From Hemiscyllium ocellatum (Eukaryota), in assembly GCF_020745735.1 (NCBI RefSeq), contig NC_083417.1, positions 72,292,001-72,356,000 of the forward strand: a stretch of DNA of 64,000 bases, read 5' to 3'. A program made the translations under genes and the position numbers. Below are positions 24,196 to 36,240 of this stretch, in pieces (position 1 is the first letter of the stretch; each line of letters begins with the position of its first letter). Under the pieces are notes generated by a model. The model did no database searches. It saw only the letters and a program-made list of their open reading frames with translations, and was not told the DNA's origin.

Positions 24196-24790
24196 GTCTA
24201 TGAGTACAGGATCAAGGATATGTTGTTGCACTTGTACAGGGCTTTATTGAAGCTCCACCTCAAAGGTTGTGTGCAGTTTTGGTCTCCTTCTCTTGCTCTT
24301 GAGGGAGTGCAGTGAAGACTTAACAGGCTGACTTCAGCGAAGAGGGGACTGACATATGACAAGAGATTGACTGGGTTAGGATTGAGTTTAGATGAGAGAG
24401 GAGGGATCTCATCAAGACTTATAAAATTCTAACAGGACTAGACATGGTAGATGCAGGGAGATGTTCCCCATTGTGGGGTGCATCCAGAACCAGAGGTTAC
24501 AGTCTGAGGATTTGGGGTGGACCATTTAGGTTGGAGATGAGGAGACATTTCTTCACTGAAAAAGTGATGAACCTGTGGAATTCATTACCACAAGAAATAG
24601 TTGAGACCAAAACATTGAATGTATCCAAGAAGCAGCTAGATATAGCACTTGGGGTGAATGGAATCAAAGGTTCTGGGGAGAAAACAGGGTTATGATATTG
24701 AGTTGAAGGATCAGCCATGATCATAATGGTAGAGCAGAATGGAAGGGCCGAATGGCCTCCTCCTGCTCCTATCTTCTTTGTTTCAATGTC
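24196..24790 (+). mobile_element. CR1 LINE 3' fragment
   Basis: RT C-terminus (HFFTEKVMNLWNSLPQE) plus tail. Confidence 0.85.
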
Positions 24791-24799
24791 TAAACAAAC

Positions 24800-25650
24800 T
24801 TGGGGACTCGTGTCTGAGATCTTTAATAAGAAAGCTGTAATTGTATTAGAGTTAACCAAGCAGTTATGATTATCAGAGAGAGAGTCAAGCATAGTGGAGT
24901 TAGAAAATATTGAATTGCAAATGACATAAATAGAGTTAAAAGGTGAGCTTGAAAGGGAAAAAAGATCGAGAATGTTCGAGACTGAAACAGTCTGAATAAT
25001 GGTTAAAAACAGAAGAACAGGAAAGAATGTTTGAATTGGAACAGTTGGAACCTGAAGCAAAAAGACGTCAAATGACAGAACAAACAGACTGAAGTGATGA
25101 TGAGCAAAGTCAGTGTAACCAACAGCCTGGTCGATCCAAATATGCCCAAACATTACCAAAATTTGATGGGAAACATGTCGGAGCCTTTTTCATTTTCTTT
25201 GAGAAATTGGCTACACAGATAAACTGGCCAGACACTGTGTGACTAATGTTAATTCAGTCCACGTTGGTTGGCAGGGCTATTGAGGCGCTTGCAGTGCTGT
25301 CAGAGGAGGTGTTAGGAGGATATGAAGAAGTAAAAAAGGCCACTTTGAGCTGCCTATGAATTGGTACCAGAAGCATAAAAGGAACCAGGTCAGACTTATA
25401 TTGAGTTTGAAAGAATTAAACAGAGCAACTTCCATAGATGGATGAGACCATGAAAGACGGAAAAGAAATATGAGGCTGTTGGGGAAACTACTCTGTTGGC
25501 GAAGTTTATAACCTCACTTCCAGAAATGATAAGAACCCATGTTGAGGAATAGAATGTTTGAACAGTGAGGAGAGCTGCAGAGATGTCGAATGAACATGCA
25601 TTACCGCATCAAATGAAATTGAGCTTCCAGCAACAATTTTAAAGACATTA
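24800..25650 (+). mobile_element. Degenerate Gmr1-like Gypsy gag with SCAN-like domain, preceded by a PBS-like sequence
   Basis: Translation PKFDGKHVGAFFIFFEKLATQINWP...QSTLVGRAIEALAVLSEE...YEEVKKA../YELVPEA resembles Gmr1-type gag. PBS-like tggggactcgtgtctgagat at about 24801. Confidence 0.7.
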
Positions 25651-25849
25651 ATGACCAACTTCTCATCCTACCTTGTTATAGAAAATGAGGCAGAAAATAG
25701 CTTATCTAATTCACACCTCTTTTGAAGTAGCGTAAACACAGAAAATTCAGTACAGTCAGTTTCACCCAGTGGTGGGGAAGATATTGGGAACCTCAATCTA
25801 CATTAAAATTATACACCGATTGGAAAAAGGTTAATTAATTCAGAAAATG

Positions 25850-26400
25850 AATTGCAAATCACAGAATTTTTACATTGCAATGGAGGCCATTGGATCCATG
25901 ATCCCTGCATCAATTCTATTATGCAGTGCCAATCTCCTCCATTTCCCAATATCCCTTCATACCATTTCTATCCAAGTAACCATCCAATGTTCTTTTGCAA
26001 GCTTTGTTTGAAACTGCTTCCACTACATCCATGGAGTGTGCATTCCATATGCTAACAATTTGTTGTGTGAAAAAAATGTATTTCTCGCACTGCTCTTGCT
26101 TCATTTGGACATCAGTTTACATATGTGCCCTCTCGCTTTTACTTATTTTGAGTGAAAACAGTTTCTTCCTATATTCTCTATACAACACGCTCATAATTTT
26201 TAAAGCTTCCATCAAATATCCTCTTCTTCTATTCTCAGAGAATAATTCCAACATCTTCAATCTTTATGAAACTTCTCATTTCTGGAACCATTCTGTAAAT
26301 CACTTCTGCACTCTCTCCAGTGCATCAACATCTTTCCTATTTCCCACAACTGTACGCAACAGATCTGACTCCTCTGCTTCAGTGAGTTCTTAATTCTTTT
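25850..26400 (-). mobile_element. CR1 LINE 3' fragment
   Basis: Minus-strand FFTQQIVSIWNA...CKRTLDGYLDR. Confidence 0.75.
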
Positions 26401-26759
26401 CTTGGTCCGAATGTTAGAGTTTTGCTTTGTTTATTTGTCTCTCTGTTGGCACATATACGGAAATTATGAAATGGAGTAAAGTGTAAGTGAGAGAGGTCCT
26501 AATTTCTCAATCTTACCTCTCATATGAGGCACGGTGCACCTCAGGTTAAACCACCACTAATTGTGTCTCCATAATGAGAGAGAAGCACTTTGATCCATTG
26601 GGGCTATGTTGCCATTATCAGTTCATAATTCAAGATTCTTTGTTGACATGATTGAAACCATGTCATTGCCATAAATAGTGCTTTTCTTGGAAAATATAAA
26701 ATCTTCTGTGTGCCATCACTTAAACATAGCGAGGTAGTTTGGTACATTTAGGCAATTTG

Positions 26760-27260
26760 GAATCATAGAGTCATAGAGATGTACAACTTTATATATTAAT
26801 CTTTTATGTGAGATGTACAGCATGGAAACAGACCCTTCGGTCCAACCCGTCCATGCCGACCAGATATCCCAACCCAATCTAGTCCCACCTGCCAGCACCT
26901 GGCCCTTATCCCGCCAAACCCTTCCTATTCATATACCCATCCAAATGCCTCTTAAATGTTGCAATTGTACCAGCCTCCACCACATCATCTAACAGATCAT
27001 TCCAACCACATACCACGCTCTGCATGAAAATGTTGCCCCTTGGGACTCTTTTATGTCTTTCCCCTTTCATCCTAAACCTATGCCCTCTAGTTCTGGACAC
27101 CCCGACCCCAGGGAAAAGACTTTGTCTATTTATCCTATCCTTGCCCCTCATAATTTTGTAAACCTTTATGACGTCATCCTCAGCCTCCGACACTCCAGGG
27201 ACAACAGCCCCAGCCTGTTCACCCTCTCCCTGTAGCTCAGATCCTCCAAGCCTGGCAAGT
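26760..27260 (-). mobile_element. CR1 LINE 3' fragment
   Basis: VIKVYKIMRGKDRINRQSLFP...TIATFKRHLDGYMNRKG plus tail. Confidence 0.9.
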
Positions 27261-28211
27261 TTTGCTAGCTTAATCACATGTTTATAATTGTGATGGCTCA
27301 GGAATATTAGGGTTTGATTTAAATGAGTCTTGCCAATGCCAAGATAGGCAATGAAGCTTGTTAAAAAACAGAGACATAGATCAAAATGGATTGAGTGTGA
27401 TTTCAAAATTCTTATGCTGATAAAATCTATGAAGGGTTGTTTCCCTGTACTCAGCAGGTTACCATTCAGTTTCAAAGTTGGAAAGAGGAATCATTTCTTC
27501 TTTACACGTTCATAAATGTTGAAAAACCATAACCTAACATTGTCTTGTTGCAGATTTTCCAACTAGGAGGAAATGAAATAAAACAGGAGGAACGAAAATA
27601 AAACATTTTCTCAGCTTCATGATGTTTATATGTTTTAATTTTATCATCTCTCAACCTGCTAAAAGCAAGTGGTTAAAAATATGTTTTACTCTCATCTTAA
27701 GGATGTCCCTCTAACCAGGAAAAAGTAGTCGTGAGAATTAATTGCACTTCCATGGAGAAAGATACCTTCAATATGAAAATGAATCAACACTAAGCCCATA
27801 GCCTTGAATGTGATGACACTTCAGCAAAAAAAAACTTCTTTTCAGATGTCTCAATGCATTTCGCTGCAATTAAGTCAATGTTAGGCTTTATTGTGACATC
27901 TATAGGGCCTTTAAACAAGATATTTTATTCGCTGGCTTTTCTTTCACCATTGTTTCCTTGTGATGTTGTACTGTTGCTGCATATAAGGAACAAATTAATT
28001 TTGTAACCTTCTTGATGTATTTGTGACACATTAAATTTCCTGATAAACAAGTTCTTGTTGTGAATTATTACCACTCATGCAGAATTCCATCTAGTGTTTT
28101 TTGCTCCTCTCCAGTTTTTCACAAAGCTGTGTTGGTACTAAATAAGGAAAATGACCTGCTGTGAATTCACCACTGAGGAATTTGGATCTGATTTTCTAAG
28201 AATGGTTACAA

Positions 28212-28512
28212 TTAGAATACCTACACTGTAGAAACAGGCCGATCAGCCCAACAAGTCTACACCGGCCCTCCAAAGAGTAACCCACTGCTCTACCTACCTA
28301 ACCTACCCTGACCTGAATAATATGGACAACTGTTGCATGGACCAATGCACCTAAACTGCACATCATTGGGTTGCGGGACGAAACAGGAGCAAACCCACGC
28401 AGACAGAGGGAAAACGTTCAAACTCCACACAGACAGTCGCCTGAGGCTAGAATCGAGCCCAAAATCTGTGGCGCTGCGAGGCACCAGTCTATGCTAATCA
28501 CTGAGCCACCAT
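28212..28512 (-). mobile_element. HE1-type SINE (older)
   Basis: Reverse complement of the SINE head, core and tail. Confidence 0.8.
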
Positions 28513-31500
28513 GTCTTCTATGAACTGGGCAAGGAGTCGGAAATCGACCTAAAGCTGGAAGAGAACCTGGTGCATAAATGATAATCAATTTCGAACACAC
28601 ATCTTCAATCTTTCAACCTTGCAGTGCGATGACATTTGACTTCGAGAAGTGATCAAATGCATGGACCGTAGTTCCAGGAATGTGTTCAACGAAAATTAAA
28701 ATTGCATGGTGCAAAATGCTGTTCAAAACATGAAATTTCTTCATCATTTCATAATATGTTAGTCAGTTGAGACGGTATCATAAACTCAGAAGTTATGAGA
28801 GGGCAGTAATACCATGGATGACATGGTCACGATCAGATCAAACGATAAACCAACCTGTATGATGCAGTGATAACGCAGAATCAAAAGCAAACTTTTTCTT
28901 AGTCATAACTTGAAGTTTTTATGATTTACTGCAATGGATTTTATTCTAATTCCGTTTCTTTATAGTAGACAATCGCTTTACCAACTAATGACGTTACAAA
29001 CTTTTGTTATCATCAACGGGATGTACTATATCCTGTATATTAAAAAGAGAACAGACATGTATTTTGTGCCTTTCTTACTGTCAAAAGCAACAGGAAATCT
29101 TCAATTCTAAAATGGCAGACCTTTAAAATTTCGAATAATATCATAGACCAATGCTCGTTATAAGGCATTGAGAGCTTATGCAGTGTGTTTTAGATTGACT
29201 CATTGAAAGGTGTTGTGCCATAATTAGCTCCTGTTACATCTTGAACAACATACAATTTGTAAAAGAGATGAAAGGCCATTGTGTTTGACATTATTTATTG
29301 ACTATCATAAACAAGCCAAAGTTGGAAACTTTCACAAATTTGGAAGACTGTGAAGCTTGATAAAGAAAATAATTCTGGCTGTATTAAGGAAACTCGTAAC
29401 ATGAAATCTACAGCATTTTTCAGGGTAGGAAAACGATACAGCCCAGATTGTGTTTATTTGGAGGGAACCAAGATGCCACTTCTGATATCAAGGTGGACAA
29501 TGAAAACATATGACGGTTAATTTGTATTCCTTTTTTTTAAACGTGTCCTGATGAAACTCGTGACAAGAGGCTGACTGTTCGTCTGCAAACACAGATAGAG
29601 AACAGCTACATCTGCTTGAGAGTAAAGTGTCACCATTTAATTGATTTCCTTAAAAATGTGAGAGGGGTGCAGTTACTAATGTGGCAATTGTCAAGGCTTG
29701 AAAGCTTCGCAGGGAAAAAAAAAGGCATTTTCTGCCACAGATTTTCATCTTGCACTCATCAGAACAATTTGCAAGAATGCCACTTCAAGGGGAAAACAAA
29801 CGTTTATGCCGGATGAGAGGAGTGCTTATTGGTTGTTTTTGTTCACGGACTTGTGTAGATGTTGTCATGGAATTGCTATGCCAACCACAAATATTGAATA
29901 ACAGTTAACAGTTAGGCTTTAAAAACTGCGAATCCAGGCAGATTGATACGAACTGAAATCGAAAAATCACACAACACCAGGTTATAGTCCGACAGGTTTA
30001 TTTCAAATCTCTGAGAAATCGGCCAGCAAAATCTGCCAATACTTTGTTAATTTGTGCATTGTATGTGCACATATTCTTTCTGCCTGCAATGAACAGGGCT
30101 CTACGTATCAATGGATATGTATCGTATTAAAACGTGAAGTTGATGGATAAACTTGAATTAGTTAAATCAAATCTGGAAAGTCATAATCAAAATGTCAAAA
30201 TTTGTAATACAATTTATAGCCCATGAATCAATTCCCATGTAATACTGTTGGAACGAAATTTGAATGAAGTGTTGGAATAATTATGAATTCTGCTGTAATG
30301 ATTTTATTGTATGTCATTCAGTAAATAAGATCAAGGATCTACAAAATCAATGCATATTGCTTTAAATGCGTTTGATTTACATTTCTGTTGTTTATATATA
30401 TATATATCAACATAAAATTACAGTGTAATTAGTGAAAGAAATCTGATGGAAATGAATATCAAGTTGCTTACAGTACACAAATATATATTAACATTAAAGT
30501 ATATTGCTGTCCAAATAAAAAAGGGGATATTCAGCCCTGCTGTCTTCTTAAAACTGTTCATAAAATGTATGCTATTATCAACATTTATTGCGCATTCAAT
30601 CCAATATGGTCTTTAAGGTGTATAAATGCCAGAGCTATGCGGATTGGTGTATGCACCTTAACTGTCAGATTTCTTTGGTTTGATCTGAAAAACAAAACTT
30701 TTCATTATGAGGATCTGCTTTAAACGACTATTCATAAATCTGTTTAAGTGGTTTATAATCTAAGTGGTCAGAGTATCACAGACGTTAATGTTTTCGTTGT
30801 TAAAGATACCAAAACAATGAAATCTTTTCACAGTCAAGAATGATGAAGAATGTTGGTGCTCTGAAAATACAATCAATTACTCCAACTGACTTATCCCTTC
30901 TCCAAGTCACTGCAATTTTGCCCTGGAATTCACAGTCTCTTCAGAAGATAACCATTATAACTGCTTCCTCGAAATTTGTGAATAAAGATCAAGAGATGGA
31001 CAAATCAAGAATTTGTGAATAATATATTGCAGATTAAGAGACGGAAAAACCAAGAATTTATTCATTTCATCCTGCTGCTTATTTGAAATATTTGCAATCC
31101 AATCGAAGGTTACTCGTATACTAAAATATATTCTGTCCTGTCTACATCATCAAAAGCATCATAACATAATTTCCTTTTACCCTAACTTTTATATAAAGGG
31201 TATCGATTTCTGTATTTTCTACTGTTGGCTGGGAGAAAAAGAAATCTTCTTAAGATCATACAAGTGCATTTCCAATAAACATTTTTCACTGCAGAATGAA
31301 TTTCCATTAGAAACAATAACAATGCAGACCACAACTTTGGGCGCAATATGAAGCGGAAATCTGGGATCCCATCTTTCGCAGGAAGTGTCATTTCTCCTGC
31401 ACCTTGCGGATGGAGTGCCAGCCAAATTGAACAAATGGGGCAAAGCTCAGGTTCGGAACACAAGAGGAGAACGACACACACCAGAAAGAGTTTTTTTAAA

Positions 31501-32684
31501 ATCGCCTGTGCATATCCATTCCAGTTTATGTCCGTTCTAGTTTATTCAACATATTAAGGCTATTGCCTGAAATAACTACCGAAAGTAGGATGAATAATAA
31601 TTGGTTGTTTATCCAATGGCGCCAATATTCCTTGATTTTTTTTAAACAAGCAGTGCAACATCAGATGTCTTTACAATTTAATTATGATTGGTGATTTCAG
31701 AAACTGATTTCTTTTTATTAACATCTGTTTCTCCCGATCTATTAACGTACTATTAATAACCTCTTAATGTTCTGGACATGATATGGGTTGAGTTCAGTCT
31801 TCGAAATCAAAGTTCATAATCTTTCTTCCTATTATGGATTTTGTTGAAGTTTGAAGAATTCTTGCGATGTTTACACAGCTTGGGTGTACTCTGGAGCACT
31901 GTGCACGTTTGGCTCTCTTCTTTACAGTAACAATCAGAGCAATATTTCAGGGAAATTGGTAACCTGCAGTGCAAGTTTTATGTGAAGCTGTGTTCTTTGG
32001 TCATTATTCTTCCACCTAAAACGCTTGGATAAACCATTTTCTGAAGTGAACTGTACCTTCTTCATGTTCCATCATCTGTCTATTCTATTTGATAAACATT
32101 GGATCTAAAAGCATTGACCTTAATGGGCCTTGCTACAGACATTCGATCCTGTCAAACAAAAAGAGTCTATTTGTGCATTCTTTCTTAAAATGACTATTTC
32201 AAATGTTATCATATCATCTAATAATTAATTTATTGGGATCCAAGTTTTAATGCATTTTAATATATTCAAATGTAAAATGTCAGTTTGCATTGCATTAACT
32301 TTAATTACGAGCTATTTTTCTTTAGTTCGATTTTAAAAAATATCAACCGCACCTGAGCTTAACTTGCATTGATTTCCTTCTTGGGCATTCGCCCAGTTCT
32401 CCCCGAACCTGTGATATCCAAGCCTGTGTAAATGTTGTTATTTTCTGTCATTCCCTGTTTCGTCTGTAAACACCAATATTTGGTGTTGAAGTCTGCCACT
32501 CTGAAATGCAGCTTCTGCTTTATTGGTTAACAATAATTGAGGCGAAAAAAATGGCTGTGAAATATCACGTTTCCTGCTCATGCAACTATTCGTTGTTCTG
32601 CGATTGATTTGCCAACATTTTGTCTGTTTATGCACGAAAAATAAGCCAATGCATTTTGCAGTATCTGTGTCAATTATTGACAAT

Positions 32685-33420
32685 GTAAAATAGAACATAG
32701 AACAGTACAGCACAGTACAGGCTCTTCGACCCTTGATGTTGTGTCGACCTTTTATCCTTCTCAAAGATCAAGTTAACTATGTACTCTTCATTTACTGTAA
32801 TCGATGTGCCTATCCAAGAATCGCTAAAATGTCCTCTATGTATCTGACTACCACTATTGTGTAAGTAACTGACCTTTGACATTTCACCTAAACCTTCCTC
32901 CATTCATCTTAAAATTATGCCCCCTTGTTCTGCCCTTCGAGAAAAATCTCTGACTATTCACTCTATCTATGCCTCTCATCATCTTGTGCACCTCTATCAA
33001 GTCACGTCTCATCCTTCTTCGCTCCCATGAGAAAAGCCTTAGCTCCCTCAACTTTTCTTCATAAGACATGCCCTCCAATCCAGGCAGCAGCCTTGTAAAT
33101 CTCCTCTGCACTCTCTCTAAACCTTCCACAGCCTTCCGATAATGAGGCGACCAGAACTGGACGTGATATTCCAACTGTGTTCTAACCAGAGTTCTATAGA
33201 GCTGCAACATAACATCGCGGCTCTTAAGCTCAATGCCCCTGCTAATAAAAGCAAACACACCATATGCTTTCTTAACAACCATATCAACTTGGGTGGCAAC
33301 TTTGACGGATCTATGAACATGGAGCCAAATGTCCTTCTGTTACTCTACATTATCAAGAATCCTGTCTTTAACCCTGTATTCTGCATTAAAGTTCGACCTT
33401 CCAAAATGAATCACATGTCA
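32685..33420 (-). mobile_element. CR1 LINE 3' fragment
   Basis: Minus ORF 32884-33282 ([17 protein letters not shown]...DLIEVHKMMRG). Confidence 0.95.
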
Positions 33421-34843
33421 TTTTTGTTCTGCAAATAGAGCAGGTTGAACTACTTTGCCTTACTTGAAATTGTAGATGGGATTACAAGATTTGATTCCAA
33501 TCATTCTTAAGATGCAGTATTACTTTTCTGAATGTCTAACTCTTTACAGATTGCCTTATCCTTCAAGTTTTCGCATTAGGATCCGGTTCTGTCACACCAT
33601 TTCTAATTCGGCCAACTGACATTTTCATCATCAGCGCTGTTATGGAAGATTTACTTTTTTAGTTTCAATTTAATCATTTAATTCTGTATTATTTGAGGAA
33701 TAGAACGGTTTGCTGTATTTTTGCCTCGTCCATAACTATAGCTTCTCTTTATCCTTTCACCGTCGAGATGAAGGTTTTCTTTCTCAATGCTTGGCAGCCG
33801 TCTCCTAATTATACTCCCTCATTCATCAATATATTTTGCTTAAATTCCCATCACTGAAATATGTCATTCTCTCCAACAGATCATACCTTTGATTACATTC
33901 TATATCAATCACCTTGATAATTTTTCGCTTTACTGTCTTGTCAAGTCCCTTAGTCATTTAACCTCAAGTAATTATTGTGGTCCTCTCAAACTATTAACTA
34001 TATTCAAAATAATGTTGCTGATGTTTTTAACTTTTGACCTAACTGGTCCTTTGCAACATGCCTTCTGCATTGAATGACATTATTATACCATCGCATGTTA
34101 TCTAATTGTAACATACCCTTTTAGTCATGCAAACATACAGGGAATTGACGCAATGGGAAAAAAAGATCGCTTTTTGGAAATGCCAGCCCAAACAGTTTAA
34201 ATAGTTGCTGCCAGTGGTTTACCTGCTCATTGCTCTGATTACACTCTTTCAGTTTTCTGCGTGTTCCCAAACGAGAAGTAAATCAGACAAAATGAACTTT
34301 AATTCTGTTGCAACTACGTATGAAAATGTTACAAATAATATCACAGGCACTTCCTCCAAAAGCATCGGCATCAAGAATAAATCCTATGATATAGATTGGT
34401 TAAAATCTGGACACAACTCGCAAGTTAAATTGTGAAACAATTCGTTGTATTTAATGTAAACCATGACATTAACATCAGTTAATGTTGCTGCAATCCCAAA
34501 ATGAGAAGTCACAGAGAGGAGGGTGGAGATAGGCGGCATATGGAATTCTCGGTTCAGGCAGCAATTCAAACTTCCTTCTTCCTGTGCAGTGCTGAGTTGT
34601 GTTCTATCACCCAGAGAACAGAGGAAAATAGACCATGTGCAGACACATGAGATTCGTTTTTCATGGCATCATGATCGGCACCGAATTGATGGGCCGAAGG
34701 GCCTTCTGCTATACTATACAATTCTATGTTCTATGCTTCCATTTGAGTGAGTCTACCAGTTGACGATATCATGAACTGATTCAGTTCCTTTAAATTGAAA
34801 ACACCAAGTGGAACAGCGTGCTTAATGAGCATTATCTCATGTT

Positions 34844-34965
34844 TTAACATTTAACATTCTTCCCGATTCGCATGAGTTTGCATGTCACGATGAGGAGGAA
34901 AATCAATCCAATGCCCAAACAATGGAAAAACGTTAGAGAAGAGATGTTATTGTCCCCGACACGAT
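34844..34965 (-). other. Orphan TM-like exon (DRVGDNNISSLTFFHCLGIGLIFLLIVTCKLMRIGKN)
   Basis: Minus-strand ttatcttcacag| acceptor, phase 1, about 22 hydrophobic residues followed by basic residues. Donor weak (GTTAAA), or read-through to a stop at 34844. No partner Ig exons found. Confidence 0.35.
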
Positions 34966-35804
34966 CTGTGAAGATAACAGTAATTTCAACAAGTTCACAC
35001 CATTTCCGAGTAGTAATAAATCCCAAATCATTCCAGCGGTTACTCGTCTTTATGGATTTGAGTTAGGAAGAATAATTTTGGTGATGTTTGAGCTTTGTGC
35101 TATCGAGATATTGACATAATTCGTCTGACAATTCTGGTTGGCAAATAAAGTCACTGCAAGAAAACAAATTGTATCCAGGGGCTTTTGGCCTGATCATTTA
35201 CACATAAATTCGCAGTCTCACTTTTGCTTGTGCCAACCAATCCGTTCAAGGAAAACATTGACTCGAGCAAAGAGCTATAGATCTGAAATATGAAAATAAT
35301 GGGGAGTCAACAATCAACTGCTCTAAATCGTCAGCAAAGGTGAAGCAACTGCCGAGGTAGAAATGTCTAACGTCGTAGATCCATGACATTCTGCCATGTC
35401 AAAAGAAAGTTTCTTAATTTCAGTCTATTAGATCTATATTATGTTTAAATGCTTGCATGAAATATGGGGCGGTTCCAAACTGAACAAGCATAAAGCGCTG
35501 GGAATAGTCAGCATCCGGAAAATTGTACTTCATTACAATTTGTAGATTCAGGTACTCCATTCATGGGAACAAAATAAATAAATCAAGCCTGGGTATCAAC
35601 TCTAAGTCAATAGGAATTAACAGAAGCAGCATATTCATGGTTAAAAATAATGCATCCAGATGACATTACAACAACGTACCAAGGATGGGTTAATTAAACC
35701 CACAATGAACAAATCAGACAACATTATGCAGTCATGGTACAATGAAGGATTAATAATGTTGGGGAAGAAAATAACCACTTGACGCAGAGTCATCAACAAT
35801 AGCA

Positions 35805-35996
35805 ATGCCAATTCACCTAACCTGCACATTTTTGGACTGTGGGAGGAAATCGGAGCACCCGGAGGAAACCCACGCAGACACTGGGAGAATGTACAAACTC
35901 CACACAGCCTGAGGCGGGAACCAAGCCTGGGTCTCTGGCGCTTGTGAGGCAGCAGTGCTGAACACTGTTCCACCATGCTGCCCACCGTAAGTTGCT
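35805..35996 (-). mobile_element. HE1-type SINE (partial)
   Basis: SINE head and core on the minus strand. Confidence 0.8.
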
Positions 35997-35999
35997 GCA

Positions 36000-36240
36000 T
36001 TTTGGAAAGGCAAAACAAGGCAGAACTTATACATTCAGTGGTAAGGCCCTGCGATGTGTTGATCAACAAGGGGAACTTGGAGTGAAGTTCATATTTCCTT
36101 GAAAGTTGAATCGCAGATTGATAGGGATTTGGAGAAGATGTCTGGTATGCTTGCCTTCATTGGTCAGAGCATCGAGTAAAGGAGTTGAGAAAACATGTTG
36201 TGACTGTACAGGGCATTGGTTAGGCCACTGCAGGATATTG
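36000..36240 (+). mobile_element. CR1 LINE fragment
   Basis: Degenerate RT segment (ttgcattttggaaagg...tgcttgccttcattggtcagagcat). Confidence 0.6.

Noticed and set aside
24497-25159. 220-aa minus-strand ORF
   Set aside because: Antisense to a CR1 tail and Gypsy gag remnant; a shadow ORF.
27554-27601. Possible terminal exon after a ttgttgcag acceptor
   Set aside because: Short, no motif, and no upstream partner exons found.
30600-31020. Scattered Ig-like motifs (TVSSEDNHYNC on +; IAVTWRR and SGIYT on -)
   Set aside because: Cys-Trp spacing and frames cannot be reconciled into one domain; many stops; compatible with chance.
34205-34435. ORF resembling a signal peptide with a TTYENV motif
   Set aside because: Starts at TTG, has no domain and no supporting exon structure.
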